A DNA stretch of 64,000 nucleotides from Oscillospiraceae bacterium (GCA_015065085.1 SVQW01000002.1:132197-196196); one strand, 5' to 3'. Positions 1 to 9,611 are shown, counted from the stretch's first letter. Numbers and translations: made by a program. Notes: generated by a model not told the origin, from the sequence alone.

Positions 1-1396
1 GTCCGCCAAGATAAAATGTCGGTGGAACATCATTGGGATCACTTAAAGGCGAAAATGCATGGGGGACATAGAAATTTATACCTCGCACCAGCATATGGTC
101 AAGCAGATACTTCATGAACTTAGTGCCTTCCGCCCAACCGAAAGCACCGAATATTTCACACATTGCCCTGCCCTTCATATGTGGCTGATAATGCGCAAGC
201 GATGAACCGAGCTTTGCAAGACAGTAGTTGAAGAAACGGTTTTCCATCTCTTTATAACTCACAAATCCGCTGTTGGCACACTCCGTAAGTCCCGGCATTA
301 TCTGGTGGAGCACCACATCTATACCCGACATATCCTGAGGACTGAGCGCTCTGAAATAATGTCCCGCGCCGTATGCAGTTCGGGCATGAATGTTATTATC
401 CTCAATAACATGTCCTATATATTCCACACCATGCTCATGACACCAGTCGGCCAGCATGGCAGGGAAATTATCATGATATGAATGTGTGATATAATCCATG
501 TATGCCACACGGTACTCTTCGTGGCCGATGTCACGGAACTCAAACCACAGTGCCAGAAGATTGCGCATACCGTTTGTACCGTACAGCTTTTCAAAATGCT
601 TTGCAACACTTTCATGCCAGGGATAATAGGTAAATATCTCACCGAGAACGGTAAAAGGGTTATTATGGTTATTTCTGAAACCGGGTTCATCCGAGAAAAA
701 TCCTGCAAAAACATTGCCGAAATATTCGCCCAGGTTTTCATAGTGCTTGTCATAAACTTCGCGTATGTATACCCTTGTTGCCTCAGGATTGAGCTTATCG
801 CAATATTGCAAAGTGCGGTCTTTCAGTACGCTTTGCGCCTTTATGAGAAACACTATACGCCACATACCCTCGGGAAGATCAAAATATACATTTCCGTCTT
901 TTAAATTACCGCTCAGATCGATAATATTACCGGTAAGTACCTTGCTGTCAGGTATATGCTCACAGGCGAACACTGCCAGTATTTCTTCGTCCTCCGCTTC
1001 CCGCCACACATCCGCCAGTGCGCACCCTTCGGTAACAGGTCCCGGGACATCCATATGACGCTCGGTTATATTCCATTGGGCATACTCACGGTGCTGTGCT
1101 ATATATCCGTTGGCATAGCCGGAAGGAAAATGCTTATCGTCCAATATCCACGCTTTCATGCCATGCGTTGCGCAGAAATCAAATATAAGACGGCAATCGC
1201 TCCACCAATCTGCGTTGCAGAATTCCTCGTGTGTCCGTGATTCCAGACAAACGGCACGTATACCGCTTTCGTATATTTTTTCAAGCTCAGCAACTATTTT
1301 TTCGTCATCCTCATTGTGGAGCCACAGAAACGGTGCAATGTAATTGTCCGGATTTTGTGAAAGTACATCAAAAATACGATTATCCAACTTCAACAC
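1..1396 (-). CDS. glycoside-hydrolase-like protein, N-terminal ~465 codons (3' end runs off the left edge, so it is absent from the ORF track)
   Basis: My own translation of the minus strand from GTG 1396 (or in-frame TTG 1387, preceded by AGAGGTG) is open to position 1. It reads VLKLDNRIFDVLSQNPDNYIAPFLWLHNEDDEKIVAELEKIYESGIRAVCLESRTHEEF...WILDDKHFPSGYANG...FFSDEPGF. The PFxW / G-I-R / DDxxFPSG-A-G pattern resembles cytoplasmic hydrolases usually annotated as GH106-like or 'GH2 sugar-binding' proteins. An extended -10 (TGTTATACT, 1415-1423 minus) lies upstream. Confidence 0.6.
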   Translation of the reverse strand, partial: MLKLDNRIFDVLSQNPDNYIAPFLWLHNEDDEKIVAELEKIYESGIRAVCLESRTHEEFCNADWWSDCRLIFDFCATHGMKAWILDDKHFPSGYANGYIAQHREYAQWNITERHMDVPGPVTEGCALADVWREAEDEEILAVFACEHIPDSKVLTGNIIDLSGNLKDGNVYFDLPEGMWRIVFLIKAQSVLKDRTLQYCDKLNPEATRVYIREVYDKHYENLGEYFGNVFAGFFSDEPGFRNNHNNPFTVLGEIFTYYPWHESVAKHFEKLYGTNGMRNLLALWFEFRDIGHEEYRVAYMDYITHSYHDNFPAMLADWCHEHGVEYIGHVIEDNNIHARTAYGAGHYFRALSPQDMSGIDVVLHQIMPGLTECANSGFVSYKEMENRFFNYCLAKLGSSLAHYQPHMKGRAMCEIFGAFGWAEGTKFMKYLLDHMLVRGINFYVPHAFSPLSDPNDVPPTFYLGG

Positions 1397-1585
1397 CTCT
1401 GATTTGTTTTACTCAGTATAACACAAAAAAGGACTTATGTAAAGCCCTTTTACATTTTTTGTTTATTTGGTAAAAGCACATCTGATGCTGAGTATTTACT
1501 TTTTGAAGAACGAAATCCGCTTTACATCACTGCAAAAACGGCTCTCATCGTAAAGATTTTATCCGTTAAAAACCAAATTACAACG

Positions 1586-1616
1586 AAAAAAGCACTTCGG
1601 TAAAGAAGTGCTTTTT
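1586..1616 (-). terminator. intrinsic terminator after the tRNA
   Basis: 8-bp stem AGCACTTC/GAAGTGCT (1591-1598 / 1605-1612) with a 6-nt loop. A T5 run follows on the minus strand. Confidence 0.6.
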
Positions 1617-1619
1617 CTA

Positions 1620-1692
1620 TGGAGCATAGGGGACTTGAACCCCTGACCCCCACACTGCCAGTGTGATGCGCTCCCAACTGCGCTAATGCCCC
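1620..1692 (-). tRNA. tRNA-Ala (anticodon GGC)
   Basis: The 73-nt reverse complement GGGGCATTAGCGCAGTTGGGAGCGCATCACACTGGCAGTGTGGGGGTCAGGGGTTCAAGTCCCCTATGCTCCA folds as a cloverleaf. It has a 7-bp acceptor stem with the G3:U70 alanine identity pair, a GCGC D stem, anticodon loop CTGGCAG and a GGTTCAAGT T-loop. CCA is not encoded. Confidence 0.93.
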
Positions 1693-1795
1693 GAATTCCG
1701 CCGATTGAATACCGACGGGAGCAGTATAACCAAAAAGAGCTGAACTTATATCGGATACTGCATAAAAACATGTTTTTGCAAATGATTATTGATCT

Positions 1796-2659
1796 TTACT
1801 CCTGGGACTTGTGATACTCCAGCATTTCGGCAAATATCTTTGATGCCACGCCGGAATTCTTATTTACGTATATGTAGGAATCGCGATGAAGTCCGTCATT
1901 GATATGTACAAGTTTTATATGTTCTTCAGACTCTCTTCCCCAGGAAACACGGGGGTACAGCGTAACACCCATACCCAGCTTTACATATTCTCTTATGAAG
2001 TAAGGGTCATCACATTCAATAATTACATCATGCTTTACACCGTTTTCGCGCAAAAGCTTTTCGGCATAATCGCCCATACTGGTGCCGCTGGGCATACATA
2101 TAAATTTTTCACCCGAAAGATGCTTTAGATTAACGGAAGACATTCTGGAAACGGGATTATCCTTATGAACCGCAAGAAAGATTTCATCATGAACAAAAAG
2201 CCAGCTCGTGAAAGCATCGTTTTTAATGTCGCTGTCTGAAATTATTATATCATACTGCGAACGGTTGATGTTGTCGCCGTGATCGGAGTGCTTGATGTTA
2301 AATGAAACAGCGGGATATTTCTGTCTGAAAAGCGAAATAACATTTGTTACTATGCGTCGGTTGGTCATAACAAGAAGATTTATTTCACCCGAAGGCTGAG
2401 AATTGAGATTGAGCATCTCGATAGTTGCCTTTCTTATCTCATTCTCGCTGTTTTCCAGCGCACGAAGAAATATCTTGCCGTATTCATTAAGACGCAAAGT
2501 GTTGGCTGTGCGATCAAAAAGCTTTACGTTAAGTTCGTTTTCCAATTTTTTTATAGTTGCCGAAACTCCCGACGGCGGTACCATAAAAATACTTGCCGTA
2601 TGAGAAATATTTTCGGTTCTTGCAACATGCATAAAATACTTGAGCTGTAATATTTCCAT
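1796..2659 (-). CDS. LysR-family transcriptional regulator
   Basis: N-terminal winged HTH (MEILQLKYFMHVARTENISHTASIFMVPPSGVSATIKKLENELNVKLFDR) plus a LysR substrate-binding-type C-terminus. ATG start with GAGGTAAAA RBS. Confidence 0.9.
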   Translation of the reverse strand: MEILQLKYFMHVARTENISHTASIFMVPPSGVSATIKKLENELNVKLFDRTANTLRLNEYGKIFLRALENSENEIRKATIEMLNLNSQPSGEINLLVMTNRRIVTNVISLFRQKYPAVSFNIKHSDHGDNINRSQYDIIISDSDIKNDAFTSWLFVHDEIFLAVHKDNPVSRMSSVNLKHLSGEKFICMPSGTSMGDYAEKLLRENGVKHDVIIECDDPYFIREYVKLGMGVTLYPRVSWGRESEEHIKLVHINDGLHRDSYIYVNKNSGVASKIFAEMLEYHKSQE

Positions 2660-2856
2660 TTTTACCTCGTTGCCACATTGAAGACTGTATACTTTTGTTT
2701 GTATAGTCGCATTATATCACAAATTACAGTAAATTTCAAGATATGCCACAATAATATTTACTATAATTTACAAATTATTAAACAAACGCGGTAAACGTTT
2801 TGAAAAAATTGTTTAAAAGCATGGCTGTCTCATCGACATTATCTACATAGATGCAC

Positions 2857-2884
2857 AAAAAAATGTAGGGGTCAATGCCTACAT
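2857..2884 (-). terminator. probable intrinsic terminator of the YitT/GH/M20 operon
   Basis: Hairpin ATGTAGG/CCTACAT (2863-2869 / 2878-2884). On the minus strand a T7 run follows (complement of A 2857-2863). It is part of a larger composite inverted repeat (see findings). Confidence 0.45.
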
Positions 2885-2970
2885 CAGCCCTAAAACAATG
2901 AACAGATGTGGGCGTCCGCCCCTACAAAATGTGTTTTTTACATTAAATCCGTTTAAAGATACCGTACATT

Positions 2971-4299
2971 TTATAATTTTATTTCCGCCTTGTCTTCACA
3001 ATAGGATATACGCTCTCCCGATGCCCAAAGTGTATCCAAATAATCAAAGAACTCCTGTTTTGATGCAAATGTGGGTTCAAACTCGTCTATCACCTTTTGG
3101 GCATATGAAGCATTGTCGCAAAGCAAACGGTACAGTGTTGCAAGCTGCCATTTTGCACAGCTTACGCACGCCTTTTCAACATCCGCAATGATATAATCCG
3201 CACCGTGGCTTGTTCCCCTTGCACCGGGTGCGTAAGGATGAAGCGCAGGAATAACCGATGAAATATCACCCATATCCGTACTGCCCGTAGATATGGCGGG
3301 ATTATCGAAGAATTCAACATCCGGATATGCTTTTTTTGCGGTCTCCATCATCAGTTTGTGCAGATTCATGTCATTTCTGAGAGGGCTGTAACCGGGAATA
3401 TCGTCAATTTCGATATTTGCTCCCATCGACAGTGCACCGCCGCAAAGAGCACGATTGATGCGCTTGTTTGCCAATCTTATTGCATCGAAGCTTGCTCCGC
3501 GCACATATGCCTCTATCGTAACCTTTTCGGGAATGGCGTTAACTGCCTCGCCACCATGGGTAATGATGGGATGGAAACGGATATAATCACTTTCCTTGAA
3601 GGTTTCACGTAACGCATTTGCGGCAGAAAGGCCCTGTGTTGCCGCATAAAGCGCATTGCAACCGTTCCAGGGGCTTCCGCCCGCGTGTGCAGACACACCC
3701 TTATACGTGATATTCTTTGCGACGCATCCAACACTTCCTCTGTTTGCCGAAAGTGCTGTGGAAGTGTGCACCATAAAAGCGATATCAACTCCGTCAAAAT
3801 AACCGCGGCGCAGAAATTCAGGCTTACCGCCGAAATATTTAATTATTCCCTTATCCTTAAGTTGTCTGCGATAGCCTATTTCAATAAGCTCCTCGGCAGG
3901 CACGGCACAAAGACGTATTCTTCCGCACATGCCCTCCAGTACACCGGGCTCCTTGAGTGACGCCGCTATTCCCAGCAATGCCGCGCTCTGAGCACTGTGT
4001 CCGCAGGCATGAACCGCACCCGTGTTAGGGTCAGCCTCCTTGTGGTTAGGACATATCAGAGAATCCATTTCACCCAGAATAAGCACCTCGGGACCGGGGA
4101 TACCTGTATCAAGAACAGTATAAAATCCGGGAATATCGCCCGCACGTATAAGCTCATACCCCAAGGCAGTAAACTTTTCTTCAAGATATGCCGAGGTCTT
4201 CCATTCCTTATAACCTGTTTCGGGATTTTTCCATATATAATCGTGTGCTTCAAAAATGAGATTACGGTTTTTATCTACCGCCGCAAAAAGCTTTTCCAT
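2971..4299 (-). CDS. M20-family amidohydrolase/peptidase (AbgB-like)
   Basis: HACGHSAQSAALLGIA metal-site motif and M20 dimerisation-type middle region. I moved the start to ATG 4299 (MEKLF...) because AAAGGAG lies 7 nt upstream. The track start at 4341 would overlap the upstream gene. Confidence 0.85.
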   Translation of the reverse strand: MEKLFAAVDKNRNLIFEAHDYIWKNPETGYKEWKTSAYLEEKFTALGYELIRAGDIPGFYTVLDTGIPGPEVLILGEMDSLICPNHKEADPNTGAVHACGHSAQSAALLGIAASLKEPGVLEGMCGRIRLCAVPAEELIEIGYRRQLKDKGIIKYFGGKPEFLRRGYFDGVDIAFMVHTSTALSANRGSVGCVAKNITYKGVSAHAGGSPWNGCNALYAATQGLSAANALRETFKESDYIRFHPIITHGGEAVNAIPEKVTIEAYVRGASFDAIRLANKRINRALCGGALSMGANIEIDDIPGYSPLRNDMNLHKLMMETAKKAYPDVEFFDNPAISTGSTDMGDISSVIPALHPYAPGARGTSHGADYIIADVEKACVSCAKWQLATLYRLLCDNASYAQKVIDEFEPTFASKQEFFDYLDTLWASGERISYCEDKAEIKL

Positions 4300-4316
4300 G
4301 TATTTCTCCTTTAAAT

Positions 4317-6029
4317 TCATAAATACAGTGCAAGGCTGCAATGCTTACGAAGTGTAAGCGAAAGTGTTCCGTTTCGGGAAGTATATTCTGCATTTTCAAA
4401 TATATCCGTCAGCTTAACATCACGTCCGAAAATCTTCATTACGTCAATATTATATGTCTTATCCTGCTCGGTAAAATTAAAGATATACAGTGCATCTGCA
4501 CCCTTTTTGAACCACACCTGCGGAAGCTCGGCTCCCGTGTCCACAGGTACCGACGCATAAAAGTCGGCGTACTTCACTGTGGTTTTCGCAAGCTTTAAGC
4601 CTTTATCGTTAAGAAGGCTGAGCTTATCACTCAGAATCACAGACGAACCGGTCATAAGTATCTGGGTACACCAGAACTTTGCTTCGTTGTAATTGAAATC
4701 CTCTCCCTCACGCCAACGGAATTTTTCGCTTTTTACCGCTTTGTAATATCCCTTTTTGGGATTAAGGACATTTGTGTCCCTTTCAAACGAGGTTTCGGGT
4801 CCGCGGACAACAAGATAATCCATATCATTCTGATATATATTTCTCTGTGCGGGTATGGCAGGATAGTATATTTCACTGCATTTCACGATATGGTTCCAGG
4901 TGTTGTGAATGTCAAGCCCCGTACGTCTGGAGTTAACTCCGTCTCCGCCGTATCCGTAAGGAAGAGAGCATCCCATTATGTGGCTTTCCTCTCCTACGCT
5001 TTCCCTGATAGCGGATATTAACTTCTTCAAAGCATCATAATGACCTGCGGTGCTGTCATGAAAACGATCGCATTTGAGAAGGTTACTGATAAAATCTATT
5101 TTATAAAATCCGAAGCCCGCATCTTTAAGGTAGGAGAAAATTTCCTTTACGAATTTCTCACCCTCGGGATGAGTGGGGTCAAGAACATAAAACTCCTCGT
5201 CCATTATGGGGTCGCCGTACTCATCAAGCACCAAAAAATCATTACGGCGCATAACGGTTCCGCACAGATAATGCAGTCTTGTCGGTGCCGTCCATATACC
5301 TGCGGTGTAGCCCTTTGAATTGATATATTCCGTTGTTTTCTTAAGTCCTCCGGGGAATCTTATACCCTCGCGCCAATCGCCCTCGCGCTGCTGCCAGCCG
5401 TCGTCTATGGCTATATACTTTATCCTTTCCCGCAAGGTATCATCGGCATATATAAAATCAGTGTTTTCCTTTACGTCATCCTCTGTGACGGAAGTGAAAT
5501 AGTAATCCCAGCTTCCCCAGCCTATAACATTTTCCCATTTCTGCGGAGTACCGTTTTTCTCCGCAATAAGCCTTAGCGCATCTCCGTGTGTCATACCGCA
5601 TGCAATGATGAAAGTCTCGGCAGGTATATCGCCTTTATAGGAAAAAGGCACAACGGTTTCAAGTACCATTTCATTTTTGTCGCGGAAATAATGCATCTCG
5701 GAATAAAACTTGCAGGGAAGCTTAACTGCAAATGTTATTCCCACGCCGTTTTTGTCCATCAGCGACATATAAAACTTACTTCTCGTATCCTCTTCAAGGT
5801 TTTTCACGCTTTTAAAGCCACTGTCAAAAAAGTCGTGAACCATAGCATACTCAAAATCCGCCTGTACATCAAAAACATACTTTATTTTGCGCACGGATTT
5901 ATTTCCATAAGGCACATTCAAAGACACTTCATACACATCTCTGCAAACATTTTTCAGGTTTGCTTCACGCAAGCAGGGTATAACCGTGCCATCCGCATAT
6001 TCGATAAACGTAGTTTTTAATTCAAACAT
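4317..6029 (-). CDS. alpha-galactosidase-like glycoside hydrolase (clan GH-D, GH36/GH27-type)
   Basis: IAIDDGWQQREGDW, GFGFYKIDF (K-x-D nucleophile motif) and RTGLDI. No signal peptide. The start overlaps the upstream stop by 8 nt. Confidence 0.75.
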   Translation of the reverse strand: MFELKTTFIEYADGTVIPCLREANLKNVCRDVYEVSLNVPYGNKSVRKIKYVFDVQADFEYAMVHDFFDSGFKSVKNLEEDTRSKFYMSLMDKNGVGITFAVKLPCKFYSEMHYFRDKNEMVLETVVPFSYKGDIPAETFIIACGMTHGDALRLIAEKNGTPQKWENVIGWGSWDYYFTSVTEDDVKENTDFIYADDTLRERIKYIAIDDGWQQREGDWREGIRFPGGLKKTTEYINSKGYTAGIWTAPTRLHYLCGTVMRRNDFLVLDEYGDPIMDEEFYVLDPTHPEGEKFVKEIFSYLKDAGFGFYKIDFISNLLKCDRFHDSTAGHYDALKKLISAIRESVGEESHIMGCSLPYGYGGDGVNSRRTGLDIHNTWNHIVKCSEIYYPAIPAQRNIYQNDMDYLVVRGPETSFERDTNVLNPKKGYYKAVKSEKFRWREGEDFNYNEAKFWCTQILMTGSSVILSDKLSLLNDKGLKLAKTTVKYADFYASVPVDTGAELPQVWFKKGADALYIFNFTEQDKTYNIDVMKIFGRDVKLTDIFENAEYTSRNGTLSLTLRKHCSLALYL

Positions 6030-6642
6030 TTTTATAATCCCCGTCTTTTTTGTGTTTTATAATCCCGATAACTGCATCTATACCGAGAGTTTTAATCAGA
6101 AGGCCAACAAAAGAGCATATCGCAATGCTCCACCCCGACAGCATTCCGCCTGCAACAACTATGGCAATATCAGTGACAAGAAGTGCCTTTCCTATGTCCA
6201 TACGGCTGAATTTTCTTACTATCAATGCAATAATATCTGTACCACCCGAGCTTGAATCAACATAAAACATTACACCGCTTGCAAGCGCTATTATTGCCGC
6301 GCCAACCACCGAAGAAATAAATACATCGGATACCACGGGAGAGCTGACAGGGAAAGCAATGTCCATAAGCCCTATAAAAAGAGTTGTAACAACCGAACCC
6401 ACCAATGTCCTTACAGCCATACCGCGTCCCAGAACCGCAAACGCCAGTATCAGTAATGCAAAATTTATAACCATAAGTATAACACCAGGGGAAAACGGCA
6501 AAAATGCTTCAAGTATAACGGATATACCGCTGGTTCCGCCCAAAAGCAGTGCATGGGGAAATATAAAGAAATTGGTACTGACGGCATAAAGCAATCCGCC
6601 GATTACTATCAGAGTATAATCCTTTACTTTCTCAAATTGCAT
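6022..6642 (-). CDS. YitT-family integral membrane protein (short form)
   Basis: Polytopic hydrophobic protein with the LLGGTSGISVILE motif typical of YitT/DUF161. At 206 aa it appears to lack the usual C-terminal soluble domain. Confidence 0.75.
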   Translation of the reverse strand: MQFEKVKDYTLIVIGGLLYAVSTNFFIFPHALLLGGTSGISVILEAFLPFSPGVILMVINFALLILAFAVLGRGMAVRTLVGSVVTTLFIGLMDIAFPVSSPVVSDVFISSVVGAAIIALASGVMFYVDSSSGGTDIIALIVRKFSRMDIGKALLVTDIAIVVAGGMLSGWSIAICSFVGLLIKTLGIDAVIGIIKHKKDGDYKNV

Positions 6643-6713
6643 ATAGCACCCCTTAAATTGTTACTTTGTTGATATTATACTGTCCGAGCAATAAAATGTC
6701 AACACAAAAACGT

Positions 6714-6762
6714 AAAAAAGAAAAATTCGGGCACGTTTCCCCTAAAAAGCAACGCGCCCGAA
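6714..6762 (-). terminator. intrinsic terminator after the GH127 gene
   Basis: Stem TTCGGGCACG / CGCGCCCGAA (6726-6735 / 6753-6762, 9 of 10 bp). On the minus strand TTTTTCTTTTTT follows. Confidence 0.55.
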
Positions 6763-6775
6763 TGTTTATTATTTA

Positions 6776-8647
6776 TCAAAAATAAATGCTGAAAAGTCTT
6801 TTATCATCGCTCATGATATTTGTTCCCGAGGCATAGTCGCATGCATCCGCACGGCTGCCGTCGGAAAATGTAAGTGTGTACGCCGTATTGACATTTGGCT
6901 TTTCAATTCTTTCGGCAGTGCAGGTGAGATTATCTGCCGTAATGGGAGAAGAGAACATTTCCTCCTCCGTATTTCCTATAAGCTTTGTACGGCAGAGAAG
7001 CGAAACACCCTTACGGATAATATAACGCGGTGCGCTCAAATACAAAACGGAATCCACGTTCCCGTCGGAATCCCACTCATCAAACCTTGACGCTTTCCAG
7101 TCAAATGCCTTTTCGGGCACAGGTGATATGAGGCGTACCTCCGTGCTGTCATCAAACTCAGCCAGTATTTTAACCTTGTCCGATTTTGCATCAAGGGTAA
7201 AGAACCCTCTTTCGGGTGTATAAGTCACACCCTCGGCAGTGATTTTGTTGACAGTGCTGTATGAGGGGATACGCATACGTATTTTTCTTATATCAGAGTC
7301 CCTGAAATCCACAGTTATTTCAGCCTTGCCGTCGGCTATATAATCACCATCGCAAATGACCTTGACCCCGTCGATGCACACCTCACAGGGTGAATAGAAA
7401 TTGATTACAACCGCCTCACCGTCCGTCATAATACAGCTTTCCGCCATATTCATAAAGCCGCGCGGCATATTGTTGACACAGCAGTGGTTGTATACAAATC
7501 TCGCCTGAAGCTTGGCAACAAGATGCCTGCCCGATGCCCTTGCGGCACGTGCTCCCCATTTGCCGTCCTTGAATGCACTGGCCATAAATGGATTATAGAA
7601 GGCCATTTCAAAGGTATCCATATATTTTGCTTTACCCGTAATGCAGAAAAGCTCATGGCACAGGCGCATAAGATGTATCACATCGCAAGGCTCGGTCAGG
7701 CTGTTGATACCGTAAGCTGCATCGCCGAAAACATCGTTATACGCAACGCTGAACAGCAAATTTTTCTCGTGCTCCATGAGAATATCGTAAAAGCTTTCGC
7801 AGGCATCAAGATACTTTTTATTTCCCGTCACGCGGTAAAGCTCGCATATGCCGTCGAAGCAGGACATCATTTCATAAGCCTTTGCCCATTTGTTGGACGG
7901 TCCCTCATACCACTGAGTAAGCGGTTTTTTGCTGAGAGCATTGGCAATCAGTCCGGGCATAATACGGGAATTTTCCCAGCGGTCGGCTATACTCAGACAG
8001 AAATCCAGATACTTTTTATCCTCCGTCAGACGGTAAAGAATAAGCATGGGCTTCATGATGGAGCAGCTGGGCATACCCTTGAATGTGCCCGTATCGCCTA
8101 TATCAGTATTTGTTTGTTTGAGTTCAGAAATAAGCTGGTTCGCCATACCCGTACAGCAATCAAGAACCCTTTTATCGTCTGTTATGCCGTAACACTCCAG
8201 CATTGCCCAAAGGGTATATTTTCTGCACCAGATATTCCAGTTCCAGTTATTTGAGGTCTTTTCTGGCGGAGCGGAAATAAAATTGTGCGAGGTTTTATAT
8301 GTTCCCAGATACCCGTCCTCTCTCTGCAAAGAAATAAGCTTTAATGCGCCTTTATGTATAAATTCCTTAAGGCTGCTCTCACCCGTATATCTGTACACAC
8401 GGCAGGCACTTATTATCCATTTACCCCAGAATTCGCCCTGCCATATTCCCACACCGTATATTTCGCTGTCATCATCCACACAGTTAACAAAGGCATCCTC
8501 CGCTTCTTTATAAACCATATTGCGGGCATGGTCGGAAAATATTCTCTGAGAAAAAAATGTATCCATGAGCTCTCCGGGATATCCCTTGACCTTTACATTT
8601 TCAAGTGGAGCTTTACGGACACGGTCTTTAACTTCATAATCAAGCAT
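6776..8647 (-). CDS. glycoside hydrolase family 127 (DUF1680, beta-L-arabinofuranosidase-like)
   Basis: GIWQGEFWGKWI and HCCVNNMPRG (Cys-rich catalytic/zinc motif of GH127). Start set at ATG 8647 (MLDYEV...) with AAAGGAG 8 nt upstream. The track start at 8665 lies inside that RBS. Confidence 0.8.
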   Translation of the reverse strand: MLDYEVKDRVRKAPLENVKVKGYPGELMDTFFSQRIFSDHARNMVYKEAEDAFVNCVDDDSEIYGVGIWQGEFWGKWIISACRVYRYTGESSLKEFIHKGALKLISLQREDGYLGTYKTSHNFISAPPEKTSNNWNWNIWCRKYTLWAMLECYGITDDKRVLDCCTGMANQLISELKQTNTDIGDTGTFKGMPSCSIMKPMLILYRLTEDKKYLDFCLSIADRWENSRIMPGLIANALSKKPLTQWYEGPSNKWAKAYEMMSCFDGICELYRVTGNKKYLDACESFYDILMEHEKNLLFSVAYNDVFGDAAYGINSLTEPCDVIHLMRLCHELFCITGKAKYMDTFEMAFYNPFMASAFKDGKWGARAARASGRHLVAKLQARFVYNHCCVNNMPRGFMNMAESCIMTDGEAVVINFYSPCEVCIDGVKVICDGDYIADGKAEITVDFRDSDIRKIRMRIPSYSTVNKITAEGVTYTPERGFFTLDAKSDKVKILAEFDDSTEVRLISPVPEKAFDWKASRFDEWDSDGNVDSVLYLSAPRYIIRKGVSLLCRTKLIGNTEEEMFSSPITADNLTCTAERIEKPNVNTAYTLTFSDGSRADACDYASGTNIMSDDKRLFSIYF

Positions 8648-8656
8648 AACAAAAAC

Positions 8657-8689
8657 TCCTTTCATGCGTACATTTTAACATGAAAGGAG
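8657..8689 (-). terminator. perfect 11-bp hairpin: araC terminator that also contains the GH127 Shine-Dalgarno
   Basis: CTCCTTTCATG (8657-8667) and CATGAAAGGAG (8679-8689) with an 11-nt loop. On the minus strand TTTTTGTT follows, then the ATG at 8647. Confidence 0.5.
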
Positions 8690-8710
8690 CTTTGTTACAA
8701 TATCATTTAT

Positions 8711-9580
8711 TTACTTATCCTCACTCTTTGGTGACAATTCTTTACTTTTTCTGTACTTTACGGGCGTTATGCCGTAATAATCATTGAAAAGACGGTAAAA
8801 CTGTGTCTTGCCCGCAAATCCGCAGTCAAGGCAGATATCCGTCACCGTCATATCGGTGTTTTCCAAAAGTTCCAGGGCTTTTTCAAGCCGTTTTTCGCGT
8901 ATATAGTCAGTCAGATTCCTGCCGTAGCACTCCTTGAATTTGCGGCTGAAATATGATGGATTATAAAAACAGTCGGCGGATATATCACGAAGAGTAATTC
9001 TTTCCGAAATATGGGTGTCGATATATGAAGTTATATCCGACACAAATTTACTGTACTCTGCACCCGTATGCTCGCGCAGCTTACGTATCATCATGGCAAA
9101 AATCACTTGCAGACAGCCATACAGAACAGTGTTGTAGCCATCCTTTTTCTGTTCATACTCCTCTATCATGACATCCACTGTTTTTTCAATCACGGCAAGC
9201 TCACTGCCGCGGAACGGTATACGCTCCAGTCCGTTATACTCCCCTGTTATGGAATCAAACCTTTCAAGAGCGAATATATCAAAAATGTTTTCAGAATTTA
9301 CCAGCTTTTCACTCATAAACTCAGGCTTGAACAGAATGTTTACAAACTCCATATCCGAGCGCTTTATTTCATGCACCTGAGAATAATTTATGAAAAGCAG
9401 ATCACCTTTGGTAACCTCATACACGCGGTCATTTATGATGTGCACTCCCTTGCCCGAGCGTATGTACACAAGCTCCACAAACTCATGTCTGTGACTGTAA
9501 GTGTCGTGGTCTGCCGCAAGACGCTTTACATTTATAATTTCTCCGTTTTTGAATGAATTTTTCGGTGTGAATATTTTCAT
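8711..9580 (-). CDS. AraC-family transcriptional regulator (cupin + HTH)
   Basis: N-terminal cupin (HRHEFVELVYIRSGKG) and a C-terminal double HTH (YFSRKFKECYGRNLTDYIREKRLEKALELL). Start moved to ATG 9580 (MKIF...) with AAGAGGT RBS. Confidence 0.9.
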   Translation of the reverse strand: MKIFTPKNSFKNGEIINVKRLAADHDTYSHRHEFVELVYIRSGKGVHIINDRVYEVTKGDLLFINYSQVHEIKRSDMEFVNILFKPEFMSEKLVNSENIFDIFALERFDSITGEYNGLERIPFRGSELAVIEKTVDVMIEEYEQKKDGYNTVLYGCLQVIFAMMIRKLREHTGAEYSKFVSDITSYIDTHISERITLRDISADCFYNPSYFSRKFKECYGRNLTDYIREKRLEKALELLENTDMTVTDICLDCGFAGKTQFYRLFNDYYGITPVKYRKSKELSPKSEDK

Positions 9581-9611
9581 AATACCTCTTTTACAAAGCA
9601 TTAAACGCTTA

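Noticed and set aside
1432-1460. AT-rich hairpin ATGTAAA/TTTACAT with flanking A and T runs
   Set aside because: It is only 7 AT-rich bp and sits downstream of an already well-formed tRNA terminator. It may be a weak second terminator, but the evidence is too thin to call.
415-1473. Cluster of short ORFs (61-140 aa) on both strands at the left edge
   Set aside because: The region is covered by one continuous minus-strand reading frame (1-1396) that the ORF track omits because it lacks a stop inside the window. The short ORFs are out-of-frame artefacts.
1559-1771. 70-aa minus-strand ORF
   Set aside because: It overlaps the tRNA-Ala gene and its terminator, so it is not coding.
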